DNA of 57,239 nucleotides from a virus (taxonomy: Duplodnaviria > Caudoviricetes), in IMG/VR virus record IMGVR_UViG_3300039159_000385, positions 1 to 57,239 of that record; one strand, written 5' to 3'. Each line of letters begins with the position of its first letter. Position 1 is the stretch's first letter. The position numbers and the translations under genes were made by a program. Shown here one piece after another: positions 45,957 through 54,941 of the stretch. The notes below the pieces were generated by a model. It was not told the DNA's origin, ran no database searches, and saw only the letters and a list, made by a program, of their open reading frames with translations.

Positions 45957-47042
45957 CTACGGGGCCACCATCTCGCGTGGCAACGACACCGCGCGACGCG
46001 TCGCGCGGCCGCCAATCGAAAACATCTTGAACGTGCCCGCCTCCGTCGCCTTCCATGCCGACGCGTGACTCACGTGCATCGTGATCGCGAAGCCGTGCGG
46101 CGTGTCGGCCGGCAGCCCCAGCACCGCCTTGACCACCGGCGTCACGATCAGCCCCTCGATCACCTGGCCGACGCGCACCGGCTCCATGACGCCCGCCGCG
46201 TTCGGGAGCTGCATGTGGACGATACCGCCCGTGCGATCGGTGCGCATGTAATCGTGCGCGGCCTTCGTGATGTCGGCCATGCGGATCACATCGCCCTGCC
46301 GATCGACCACAATGCGGCCCTGCGCATCGCTCACCACCGACGCCCACCCCATCGCCAACTGTTGCGCGTCGGCCTTGCGCACCTCGCCCGGCCCCATTCC
46401 GCGACGCAACGCCGCAATGATGTGCGGCGTGCGCTGCTCCAACTGCGCCGCGATCGTGAGCTGTTTCACAATCATCGCTTGCGCCTCCGGCGTGCGATCA
46501 TTCTGCATCAGCGTCGCGATCTGCTTGGCAAACACATCGCCGCCGATCGGGCCATGACGCTCCGGGCCGAACCGCAACGCGAAGTCGGGCAACGGCACGC
46601 GCTGCCACTGCACACTGGCGCCGTCATACGTGAGCGTGATGTGCGGCTTATACGTCTCGTCCGGGTAGCTGCTCACCGCGCCCGCTTTTTGCAGCGCCGC
46701 GTACCGCGCACCGAGTTGGTCGTCACGCACATGCAACACGACCGCGCCCTTCGAGCCGAGCGGCGCGATGTGCGTGAACTGCTCCGGGTAGATCGTGTGT
46801 CCCCACCGCACGGAGTGCTCGCCCCGTGTATCGTCGCGCGTCTCCGCGCGCACGCTCACCGTGGAATGACAGAGCGTGATGTGCGGATGCGCATCGCACG
46901 CAATGCCATGCTCCGCGCACCACGCGCGCAACTGTGCATGGTTCTCCAACGGGCGCCCGATGTAGCACCCGGCGTCTGCCTTCGTGAGCGAATCAATGCG
47001 CATCGTGTGTGCCGGTGTGAGTGTGTGAGTGCGCGCGTTCAT
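45957..47042 (-). CDS. Fusion of a 2H phosphoesterase (Acb1-like) and an XkdF-like prohead serine protease
   Basis: Two HxT motifs (PHITLCHS, YKPHITLTY) with LRFGPE, then GWASV...VVDRQGDVI....KAAHDYM...H...FSIGG. Confidence 0.8.
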   Translation of the reverse strand: MNARTHTLTPAHTMRIDSLTKADAGCYIGRPLENHAQLRAWCAEHGIACDAHPHITLCHSTVSVRAETRDDTRGEHSVRWGHTIYPEQFTHIAPLGSKGAVVLHVRDDQLGARYAALQKAGAVSSYPDETYKPHITLTYDGASVQWQRVPLPDFALRFGPERHGPIGGDVFAKQIATLMQNDRTPEAQAMIVKQLTIAAQLEQRTPHIIAALRRGMGPGEVRKADAQQLAMGWASVVSDAQGRIVVDRQGDVIRMADITKAAHDYMRTDRTGGIVHMQLPNAAGVMEPVRVGQVIEGLIVTPVVKAVLGLPADTPHGFAITMHVSHASAWKATEAGTFKMFSIGGRATRRAVSLPREMVAP

Positions 47043-47050
47043 GTGCGTGC

Positions 47051-47383
47051 TTACGCGCGTGTCGTCGGGCGCGTCCAGCGATCGCGCTCGTGCGTGGTGT
47101 CGCCGTCATCGTCGTCGTCGTCGGACTCGACCGGCATCCCCGTGTGCAGGAAGTGCGCGAGCATGTCCTGCGTCAGATCCACCGCCATGTGCTCCGGCAT
47201 CCCGTGCGCGATCGCGCCGACGTAATACTGCGCCGTCATCGCGCCCAGGTGATACGACGCGGCACCCGCTTGCTCCAACGCCGACGCCATGCGCGCTGCA
47301 ATGATTTCAAGCGCGCGTGCGTCCTCGTTCGTCGGAATCACCATCGGCCGGGGCCGGCCGCGTGGGCGGCCGCTGCGACTCAT
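47051..47383 (-). CDS. Hypothetical protein
   Basis: AT-hook-like GRPRGRP N-terminus and an acidic tail. Confidence 0.6.
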   Translation of the reverse strand: MSRSGRPRGRPRPMVIPTNEDARALEIIAARMASALEQAGAASYHLGAMTAQYYVGAIAHGMPEHMAVDLTQDMLAHFLHTGMPVESDDDDDDGDTTHERDRWTRPTTRA

Positions 47384-47586
47384 GCAAGCCCCAACGCGGC
47401 CGCGTCCACCGCGAGGAGCCACTGCGCGTCTATCACGTTGCCCAGCAAATCGACGCCCGGCCAGCGCGCGCGCAGCACGCCGCACGCGTGCGGCTCAATC
47501 TCGGCGTGTGCCAGGCATGTCATGCCGGCGCGCCGTAATCCCATCGACAACCCACCCGCGCCGGCGAACAGCTCGACGTAGCGCAC
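47380..47586 (-). CDS. Truncated C5-MTase paralog (motif I-III region only), possibly a pseudogene
   Basis: MRYVELFAGAGGLSMGL..AGM...AHAEIEPHA..VLR..WP.V.L.G.V closely matches the first ~55 aa of 9475..10932. Confidence 0.75.
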   Translation of the reverse strand: MRYVELFAGAGGLSMGLRRAGMTCLAHAEIEPHACGVLRARWPGVDLLGNVIDAQWLLAVDAAALGLA

Positions 47587-49034
47587 TACCGCACCTTCCG
47601 CTTGCCTACGCGCGGCGCCTTCGGCACGCTCGGTGCTTCGGCCGTGTTCGTGTCGGGATCCTCGGGCGCGATCGCACCCGCGCCCGGCAGCTCGCGCGTC
47701 GTCGCTTCGTCACGCGGCGGCAGTCCGGCATACGTGCGCAGGAACGTTTCGAGGTTGTCGTCGGGCCGGATCACGCCGACTTGGCTCAACGCTTGCACAA
47801 AGCCCGCGATCGCCGGCAACTCCGCTTCTTCGACATCGCCCGCGACTAGCATCGGCTGGAACGCCGGATCCCCGCCGCGACGCGCCCACCACCGCTTGAG
47901 TGTTCCCGTCATCTCGGCCCCGAACACTTCGACGAAGCCGTAGAACGCGAGCGTGAACAGTTGCGTCTTTGTTTTGCCGAGCGCGAACGAACCCGTCGCC
48001 TGCTGCCCGAGCAACATGAAGTCCGCGAGCACCGCGCCCGCCATGCGCCGATCAAGGCGCTCGATCAGCGGCGTCATATCACCCGAGCGGCGCCCGTCGG
48101 CTAACAGATACTGCATCGTGAACATCGGCGCCTTGCTCTCCGGGTCTACATCACTCGGCAACACCACCGCGCTCTTGCGATCGCTCGACACCGCTTCCAC
48201 CACGGCCAGGATGCTATTGAGCTGCGCCTTCTCGTCGGGCGACGCGGTGCGCGACAGCAACCGATTCGGAACCGTCGCCACCACGAGCCCCGCCTGACGC
48301 ACGGCGGCGCGCGCTTCGGCTTCTTCGATGACGCGCTTCTTCATCCACGTGGTGTAGCTCGTGCGCAGCACCGAGCGCCCTTCCGGGTTGTCGAGCTTCG
48401 CCGTTGTGCGAAACAGCGCGAGACGCGAACGCGGGATCAACACCTCGTAGTTTTCGCCGACATTCACCTCGCGGTACGCGTCCTGCTGCCACATCCCCAC
48501 GCACTCGCCCGTGTCAATATCGAACTGCCAGCGCGCGACCGTCTGCTGATCGCGCAGCGCCATCTTTCGGATCACGAGCCCCTGCACCGGGTCGATGCCG
48601 TACACCACTTCACACGGCGCGTACCCATACTGAAACATCGTCGCCGCTTCGCCCACCACCTCACTGAACGGGCGCTGCATGTCGGTGAACAGCATGGCGG
48701 TCGTTTGCTCGCGCACCGCGATCCCTTCGGGTGTGTCGCGTACCGCCGCCGGCAGCTCGACCTTGAACGGCACGCGGCGCAGCATCATCTCAAACGCGAA
48801 CATGATCCCGCCCAGGAGCGGATCGTTGTTCGCCATTTCCGTGTACACGCGCGCCGCACTCAAGCCGTTCAACTGCGGCAGGAAGTCGGCCATGATGTAG
48901 TCACCGCTGCGCCGCAACCCGGTCGAACCGAGCTCCGTCGTCACGTCGCTCATCTCGCGGGTTTCGCTCGTCACACCACTCGGGGGGAGCGCCGGGCCGC
49001 CTGTCGCCGGCGTTATCGCATAGGGGGAAGTCAT
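47586..49034 (-). CDS. Portal protein (DUF935/Mu gp29-like)
   Basis: ELGSTGL, YTEM..ND, YGYAP.E.V, NPEGRSVLR..Y..W..K, GSFALG. Confidence 0.9.
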   Translation of the reverse strand: MTSPYAITPATGGPALPPSGVTSETREMSDVTTELGSTGLRRSGDYIMADFLPQLNGLSAARVYTEMANNDPLLGGIMFAFEMMLRRVPFKVELPAAVRDTPEGIAVREQTTAMLFTDMQRPFSEVVGEAATMFQYGYAPCEVVYGIDPVQGLVIRKMALRDQQTVARWQFDIDTGECVGMWQQDAYREVNVGENYEVLIPRSRLALFRTTAKLDNPEGRSVLRTSYTTWMKKRVIEEAEARAAVRQAGLVVATVPNRLLSRTASPDEKAQLNSILAVVEAVSSDRKSAVVLPSDVDPESKAPMFTMQYLLADGRRSGDMTPLIERLDRRMAGAVLADFMLLGQQATGSFALGKTKTQLFTLAFYGFVEVFGAEMTGTLKRWWARRGGDPAFQPMLVAGDVEEAELPAIAGFVQALSQVGVIRPDDNLETFLRTYAGLPPRDEATTRELPGAGAIAPEDPDTNTAEAPSVPKAPRVGKRKVR

Positions 49035-49040
49035 GCGCGC

Positions 49041-49076
49041 ACAGTGCGTGCGAAACCCGCGTCAGTCGTGCGAAAC
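49041..49076 (-). promoter_or_regulatory. Late promoter motif (leaderless portal mRNA)
   Basis: GTTTCGCAC-21nt-CACTGT-6nt-ATG, with a second GTTTCGCAC inside the spacer. Confidence 0.75.
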
Positions 49077-49078
49077 CT

Positions 49079-49138
49079 GCATAGCCTGCGGCATAGCCTG
49101 CGGCATAGCCTGCGGCATAGCCTGCGGCATAGCCTGCG
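49079..49138. repeat. Intergenic tandem 12-mer GCATAGCCTGCG x5
   Basis: Directly visible between terL and the portal promoter. Confidence 0.95.
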
Positions 49139-49156
49139 GCCTCTCACTCGTCGCTC

Positions 49157-50977
49157 TCACTCGTCGCTCTCGGCGTCCATCTCCCCGAACACCGCGACGC
49201 CGCCGAAGTGTGTCGAGCGGCCGAGCTGCTGGAAGCGATCGGCCGGGATCACGCCCGGCACCGCCAGCGCCTCGGACTCCGTGTAGCCGATGCTCCGCAC
49301 CTCCACATCCACGCGCCCGCCGATCGCGTCGGAACACTTGACGAACGCGCCGACGGTCGAGTCCCAATAGTCGTCGTGCGCCGCGTAGGGAAACCCACAG
49401 ATTTCCTCGAACAGCTCCGCGTTCCAGTCCCCCACCACATAGGCCACGTTCCGCGCCTCGGCCTGATCCCGCAGCGGCTCACCGCGCAGCTCCTTCGACA
49501 TGCCCAGCGGCGCCTCCGTGCGCACCCGGTGCCCGGCCAGCTTGCCCACGAGGGCCTTCGTGCGATCACGCCCACCGCCCCCGCTGTCGCGCTCAAGCCA
49601 GGTCGTCACGAAGTTTTGCCCGAACCGCGCCGCGTCGTCGGCCGTGACTTTGACGATATGGTCATCCCGCTTCTTCGGGCTCATCTGGCCGCCCGTCGCG
49701 TCGGCAATCACGAACAGCGTCAGCTTACTGCCGTTCTCGGCCGTGTCGCTCCCCGCGTCCATCGTCACCGCCAGCATCAGCGTCGAGCGCGTAAAGTCCG
49801 GGTCGTGCTCCGTGGCGTCCTCCTTCGCCGTCGCCGCCAAATCCCAATAGCGCACCGCCGCGAGGATCCCCACCTTCGGCATCGCGTGCAGCGCGCGGAA
49901 CCACTCGCGTTTGAGCAGAATACCGGCCTTCGGCTTCGGCCGCGCTTGATACATCGCCGACCAGTAGTAGGCGCCCATGCTCTGCCGCTTTCTGAGCAGC
50001 ACCGTGCGCGGGTACCGCTCCTCGCACAGCGCCTCCCCCTCGGCGCGCGGATCGGGTTCGAGCGTACACGTGGGCGGCACGAAAAACTTCTCACTTGTGT
50101 CGCGCAGCGCGTCGAGCGCGATAATGTGCCACCGCTCCGGGTACGTGCCCTCGCCCGACGTTTCGCGCCGGAGCAGCCAGTTCGCCAGGTCATCCTCGTG
50201 CCACGGCGTCATCACGATCACGATCGACGCGTTTGGCTCGGCGCGCGTCGAGAACGTGCCCTGCCACCACTCTTTTTGCTTCTCGCGGATCGTGACCGAC
50301 TGCGATTCCTCGGAGTTTTTGAGCGGGTCGTCAATGATCCCCAGGTGGAACCCCTTACCCGTGATCGGCCCCCCCACGCCCGCCGCCCACATGCCGCCCG
50401 ACGCGGCCGTGCCGATCGTGCGCACCGCCGTCTCGTCGCGCAGCGCGCCGAGCTTCCCGCCCGCGCGCACGAAGTTGTCGCGCGCCGAGCGCGCCAGCAT
50501 CCCCGCCAGGTCCGACCCGTAGCTACAGAGTCCCACCCACCGATGCGGGAAGCGGTACTGGTAGTAGGCCGAGAACAGGCGCGACACCAGTTCCGACTTC
50601 CCGTGGCGCGGCGGCGCGAAGATCATCAGACGCGACAGGCGGCCCTCAATCACATCCATCAGCCGCGCCTCGATCCGCTCGCCATAGTCGTACCAGCGGT
50701 AATCCGGCTTCGCGCGCGCCACAAACTCGCGGAACGGAATCGGATCGGGCGCCGGGGCGACATGCGCCAGCAGCCGACCCATTTCGATCTTGAACGCCGG
50801 CGGCAGGAGCGGCAGCAGCACCCCCATGCGCGCCAGGTGCGCAGCACTAAACTGCCGACGCTCTAACTGGCCGATCAAATCCGACGCCTCCACCAACGCC
50901 GCGCGCGTCGCCGCCTCGGCCGCCCGGTCCGCCTCGCGCCTCTGGGCCTGCCGCCCCGCCGCACTCACCCGCACCAT
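49157..50977 (-). CDS. terL: Terminase large subunit
   Basis: Walker A PPRHGKS, GPITGKG, Walker B IIDDPLK, YWDLA and FP..AHDD..D nuclease motifs. Confidence 0.96.
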   Translation of the reverse strand: MVRVSAAGRQAQRREADRAAEAATRAALVEASDLIGQLERRQFSAAHLARMGVLLPLLPPAFKIEMGRLLAHVAPAPDPIPFREFVARAKPDYRWYDYGERIEARLMDVIEGRLSRLMIFAPPRHGKSELVSRLFSAYYQYRFPHRWVGLCSYGSDLAGMLARSARDNFVRAGGKLGALRDETAVRTIGTAASGGMWAAGVGGPITGKGFHLGIIDDPLKNSEESQSVTIREKQKEWWQGTFSTRAEPNASIVIVMTPWHEDDLANWLLRRETSGEGTYPERWHIIALDALRDTSEKFFVPPTCTLEPDPRAEGEALCEERYPRTVLLRKRQSMGAYYWSAMYQARPKPKAGILLKREWFRALHAMPKVGILAAVRYWDLAATAKEDATEHDPDFTRSTLMLAVTMDAGSDTAENGSKLTLFVIADATGGQMSPKKRDDHIVKVTADDAARFGQNFVTTWLERDSGGGGRDRTKALVGKLAGHRVRTEAPLGMSKELRGEPLRDQAEARNVAYVVGDWNAELFEEICGFPYAAHDDYWDSTVGAFVKCSDAIGGRVDVEVRSIGYTESEALAVPGVIPADRFQQLGRSTHFGGVAVFGEMDAESDE

Positions 50978-50979
50978 GC

Positions 50980-51807
50980 CTACGCGTCCGCTTCTTCGGT
51001 CGTCAGTGCCACCGACGCGACCACCGACGCCTGCTTGTCGGCCAGCGTCCGCAGGCGCGCCAGGAGGTCGTCATCACTCAGAAACGCGTTCGTGCGCGTC
51101 TCCACCGGCCCGCCGTCCGCGCCCGTCATCTCGACACGCTGGTTTGGCTGGTACCCGAGCACACGTTCCTCAAAAAACCGCGCGTGCCCAAGCGAACCCA
51201 TCACCGCCTGCTGATAGACCGCCTGACGAACCCGGCTCTTGGCGATCGCGAGCCCGTGCGCGCGGAAGCTCTGCACCTTCTCCAAGTGCGCGTGCAACGT
51301 CTGTTCACTGATCCCCAGGAGCACGCTCGTCTCGTCGATGGACATGCCGAAACCGGCGTAGGCCATGATCTGCTCTTTTTCGGCCTCGGACGGCTCCCAC
51401 GCCGGCACCCCGTCGGCACCGGGCGCCTTGACGTATTCCTCAGTCGTTTTTGCGCGCGGACCACGCCGCCGCCGTTCTTTCTCCTTCGCACGCCGCGCGC
51501 GCTCGTCGCGTTTCTTCGCGTTGCGGATCGCGCGACGCATCGTGTCCTTCTCCTCCTTCGTCAGCCGCGCCCCGACGCCGCCGCCGTGCGCCGCGAGGCC
51601 CACCGCACGCGCGGCCAGTTCCTCGGCGCTGTACGAGGCGCGTTTCCGGCGATCGGGCTTTCCGGGTGCGGGCTCCCCGCCGGCGACGGGAACGACCGAT
51701 GCCCCGGCCGAATCCGCGTTGTTTTGCGGCTCGACCGGGGCGCTCAGGTCCGTCTCTGCTTCCGCACCAGGTGCGGGTGCTACTTCGTCATCCGTCTCGT
51801 CACTCAC
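50980..51807 (-). CDS. terS: Terminase small subunit
   Basis: HTH (GMSIDETSVLLGISEQTL), VRQAVYQQA..G, VEMTGADGGPV, directly upstream of terL. Confidence 0.8.
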   Translation of the reverse strand: MSDETDDEVAPAPGAEAETDLSAPVEPQNNADSAGASVVPVAGGEPAPGKPDRRKRASYSAEELAARAVGLAAHGGGVGARLTKEEKDTMRRAIRNAKKRDERARRAKEKERRRRGPRAKTTEEYVKAPGADGVPAWEPSEAEKEQIMAYAGFGMSIDETSVLLGISEQTLHAHLEKVQSFRAHGLAIAKSRVRQAVYQQAVMGSLGHARFFEERVLGYQPNQRVEMTGADGGPVETRTNAFLSDDDLLARLRTLADKQASVVASVALTTEEADA

Positions 51808-51881
51808 GCCGCGCGTTGGTTAAAGGGCCGCGTGCCTTCCCATTGGCAGCCCCGTCCCCCTCCGCGCGATGCGACCTCGAC

Positions 51882-52133
51882 TCAGGAGTCGTTGACCGCC
51901 ATCAAGCGGGAGTTGGGTCCACTGGTCAGCGGAACCAACTGGAACCGGCGACGACCGCGCATGACGATCGCGCCCGGCTGATTACGACCGCCACGCTCGA
52001 TGATGCCCTCACTCCGCGCCGAACGCCGGTTCGCCGTCACCGAGCGGTTGAACGCGCCTTCCTGCCGGCCAACATTGCGGCGGCCCCGAACGCCCAAAAC
52101 GCGGTTGACCGCGCGGCTTCTGCCTCGTGCCAT
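51882..52133 (-). CDS. Small Arg-rich basic protein
   Basis: 83 aa with a GAGGGG RBS, first ORF after late promoter 52255-52290. Confidence 0.6.
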   Translation of the reverse strand: MARGRSRAVNRVLGVRGRRNVGRQEGAFNRSVTANRRSARSEGIIERGGRNQPGAIVMRGRRRFQLVPLTSGPNSRLMAVNDS

Positions 52134-52254
52134 GATGCACCCCTCGCGACATCGGTCGCGGGTTATGTGTGTCAGGCGGCGCGTGCGTTCTCAGTGGCTC
52201 TCCGCACTCGGCCGGTGCCACTCGCATACGCGAATCGCCCGCCCAAGTGACCCC

Positions 52255-52290
52255 ATGCTACAGGGCACCAGGCGAGCGATAGTGCGAAAC
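52255..52290 (-). promoter_or_regulatory. Late promoter motif (packaging operon)
   Basis: GTTTCGCAC-21nt-TAGCAT. Confidence 0.7.
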
Positions 52291-52317
52291 GTGCAAACAA
52301 ACGCGGTGCGATCGCCC

Positions 52318-52818
52318 CTACTCGTCGCGGCGCCACCGATACGAGGCCCCGAGCGGCGGGGGCAGCACCGTCCGGCCGGCGCCGTCGCGTGTCAGATCAA
52401 CGAACGGCGCGTCATTCGGGTACGTCGTCACGAAGCGCCCCCCGTCCACGAGGCCGGGGAACGCGGCATCGTCCGCGCTGAACGTTACCTGCGACCCCTG
52501 CCGGCGGTACGTGCCGCGCCGAACGATCGTGTTCAGCGCCACCAGGCCCGCCACCCCGCCCGCGCGATGCTCGACCCGGAGCACATGCGTAAACGCACCG
52601 TCGCGGCGCAGATCGAGCACGCCGCCCACCACGCGCGTTATGCCCGGCGGCGCGCCGAACGACACCCACGCCCCAGGCACCGGCCCCCCGTCCACCGACA
52701 CCATCGTGTACTGCCCGGCCATCGCGTCACTGCTCGGCGCCGTTGTGCCACCACACGCGGCGGCCATCGTCGCCATGATCCCCGCCGCGAGTGCGCCCGC
52801 TCTGCTCGGTCCCATCAT
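52318..52818 (-). CDS. Lipoprotein, lipocalin-like beta barrel
   Basis: Signal peptide with lipobox AAAC. GQYTMVSVDG..VP, L.L..DG.F, GTY...G..VTF. Confidence 0.7.
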   Translation of the reverse strand: MMGPSRAGALAAGIMATMAAACGGTTAPSSDAMAGQYTMVSVDGGPVPGAWVSFGAPPGITRVVGGVLDLRRDGAFTHVLRVEHRAGGVAGLVALNTIVRRGTYRRQGSQVTFSADDAAFPGLVDGGRFVTTYPNDAPFVDLTRDGAGRTVLPPPLGASYRWRRDE

Positions 52819-52869
52819 CCACCCCCATGCGTGAGAACGGGGCGCCGTCGTGGCGCCCCGCGTCCTTCC

Positions 52870-53484
52870 CTACTCGAACCGTGGGTCAAACCCCTCGGGG
52901 ACGCCCGGTTCCGGCGGCTCCGGCACTTCCAGCGCCAGCTCCGCCCACTGCTCCAACACGTTGCCGCTCGGGTCCGTCAGGTTCGTGCGCGGGATCGGAT
53001 GCCCGATCGCGTCGGCGAACTCGTAGCCGTCGGCCCACTGCCCGATCCACTCCACATCATCCGGCACCTTGCTCAAAAACAGCTCCAAATCGGCAGTATT
53101 GGCGAACACCAGGCCCACCCAATACGAAATCTCCGTGGCTTGCGTGCGGCGCGCCTGCTCCTTCCGCTTCTTCTCGTAAAACTCGGCGGCCGTCAACTTC
53201 GTCGCGAGCTTCGGGTCATCAAACTGCGCCTGCAACTCCTCCAACTCCTCCCGGTCCTCGACCTCGATCGCCAGCGGCTCGCCCGGCGGCCGCTTCGTCA
53301 TGTCCGGCATCGACGCCGTGATCGGCCCCTGCGTGTTTACACGGCCCGACAGGCTCACCGAGCCCGCCCCGAGCGACATCGGACCCGCCCCGAGCGACAT
53401 CGGCCCGCCGCCGAGCGACATCGGCCCGCCGCCCAGCGCGTTCCCCTTCGGCGTGATCGTGCTCGGCCGTTTCATCTTCGCCAT
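52870..53484 (-). CDS. PAPS-reductase-associated phage protein
   Basis: YWVGLVF......E.FL......WADG..FA..IG, with N-terminal 21-bp repeats (GGGPMSL). Confidence 0.65.
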   Translation of the reverse strand: MAKMKRPSTITPKGNALGGGPMSLGGGPMSLGAGPMSLGAGSVSLSGRVNTQGPITASMPDMTKRPPGEPLAIEVEDREELEELQAQFDDPKLATKLTAAEFYEKKRKEQARRTQATEISYWVGLVFANTADLELFLSKVPDDVEWIGQWADGYEFADAIGHPIPRTNLTDPSGNVLEQWAELALEVPEPPEPGVPEGFDPRFE

Positions 53485-53496
53485 GTTCGCCGCTCC

Positions 53497-54345
53497 CTAC
53501 AGTGTGAAGGTTGACGCTTGGCGCATCGCGCGCTCTTGCGCCTTGAAACTGAACTCGTACCGCAACAGCTCGGCCTCGATCGCCGGAAACAGGCGCAACA
53601 CCCGCGCGTAGTCGTCCGGGTAGTGTTTGCGCAGCGGCGCCAGGAACCGATAGTCCAACCCGTCACCGCTGAACGAGCGGCCGAAGATGCGGTAATCCGT
53701 CAGGAGCCGCGTCTGCGTCTCAATCAATGCCTGCCGCAGCCGCTCGCGCGACCAGTCGAATACCGGATACAGCACGTTGCGCGTGCGCTGGTACACGCCC
53801 GATTTCTTCAAGCTCGCCGCGCGGAAAATGGAATCGTCCATGCGGATCCCGACGACGGTCGGCACGGACTTGCCCCACCCCAGGTCACGCCGCACTTCGC
53901 GCGAAATCGAATCGAACGACGGCGGCTCGGTCGGCTCCCACCGATGAATCAACGGGATGCGGTGGAACGGCTGATACGCATAGAAGCCGAGGCGCGTCAT
54001 AATCCCGCGACCCTGCACACGCGTGATCCGCGTATCCCATAGCGCCTCGTAGTACGCCAGCCCCTCCTCCATGATGCGCAGGCCGGGCACAATGTACATG
54101 TGGTACAGGTGCAAGTCAGTAAACCCCGCCTTTCGCAGCGCCAGGACACACCCTACCGCGTCCTTGCCGGCCGAGAACGACACGAGCGCGCGGCCCTTGT
54201 AAATGTCGCACAGAATCGGCAGCGCCTCGTCGCTCGACATCTCGTGAATGTTCATCGGGACATCCACCCCGAACCGGGGCGTCACCCGGCCCTTCTGCAC
54301 AATCGTCGTCGGCGCCGCGCCGCCCGCCTTCGATCCCTCACCCAT
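53497..54345 (-). CDS. PAPS reductase-like (PP-loop) protein
   Basis: SFSAGKDA, GIRMDDS..R, YPVFDW, DY..FGRSF. Confidence 0.85.
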   Translation of the reverse strand: MGEGSKAGGAAPTTIVQKGRVTPRFGVDVPMNIHEMSSDEALPILCDIYKGRALVSFSAGKDAVGCVLALRKAGFTDLHLYHMYIVPGLRIMEEGLAYYEALWDTRITRVQGRGIMTRLGFYAYQPFHRIPLIHRWEPTEPPSFDSISREVRRDLGWGKSVPTVVGIRMDDSIFRAASLKKSGVYQRTRNVLYPVFDWSRERLRQALIETQTRLLTDYRIFGRSFSGDGLDYRFLAPLRKHYPDDYARVLRLFPAIEAELLRYEFSFKAQERAMRQASTFTL

Positions 54346-54934
54346 CGCACACCTCACCCTCGACACGCGTCGCGTACCACGCCGCGTCACGCGGTGTGTA
54401 CAACATGCCCACGCCCTCGCCCTCGCGCACCACGAGCGGCCCGGCACGCTCGGATTCCAGTAGATCGACCACCGCGTACAACTCCGCGAGCGACAGCCCC
54501 TTGAACAGCGCGGCCGCCTCGGCATCCCGCTCGGGGAACGCCATCGACGCAAACGCCCACAGCATCCCCACCTGCTTGTCACTCGAAAACGACACGCCAT
54601 CGCACGCCAGGCGCAGCTTCGCCAGCCATGCCGGATCAAGCGCCCCGAGGCGCACCCGCAGCGCCTCGCTCACCACATCAAGCATTTCGTAGTACCGCAG
54701 CAAGTCCCGGCGCACCACCGACGGCGCCGGCATCAGCGATGTCGCCCGCGCGCCCACCGGGATCGCAAAGTCGGCCAGGCGCAGCGAAATCACCGCATCC
54801 CGCGCCAGCAGCTCCACCGGCGACACCTCGCCCGTAATGGGTGCCGCACGCGGCAATCGCTGCGGGCGCACCGACACCACCGGGCGCCCCTTGCCCGATG
54901 GTTTTCCGGCTCGTTTCTTCGTTGTAGTTTTCAT
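54338..54934 (-). CDS. Hypothetical protein with a basic N-terminus, possibly regulatory
   Basis: VVRRDLLRYY and L.LAELYAVVDLLE, with a leaderless promoter upstream. Confidence 0.65.
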   Translation of the reverse strand: MKTTTKKRAGKPSGKGRPVVSVRPQRLPRAAPITGEVSPVELLARDAVISLRLADFAIPVGARATSLMPAPSVVRRDLLRYYEMLDVVSEALRVRLGALDPAWLAKLRLACDGVSFSSDKQVGMLWAFASMAFPERDAEAAALFKGLSLAELYAVVDLLESERAGPLVVREGEGVGMLYTPRDAAWYATRVEGEVCDG

Positions 54935-54941
54935 ACCGTAC

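Noticed and set aside
51808-52317. tRNA or known ncRNA in the intergenic stretches
   Set aside because: No cloverleaf or T-loop/CCA signature was recognised by eye. An Infernal or tRNAscan run is needed to exclude it.
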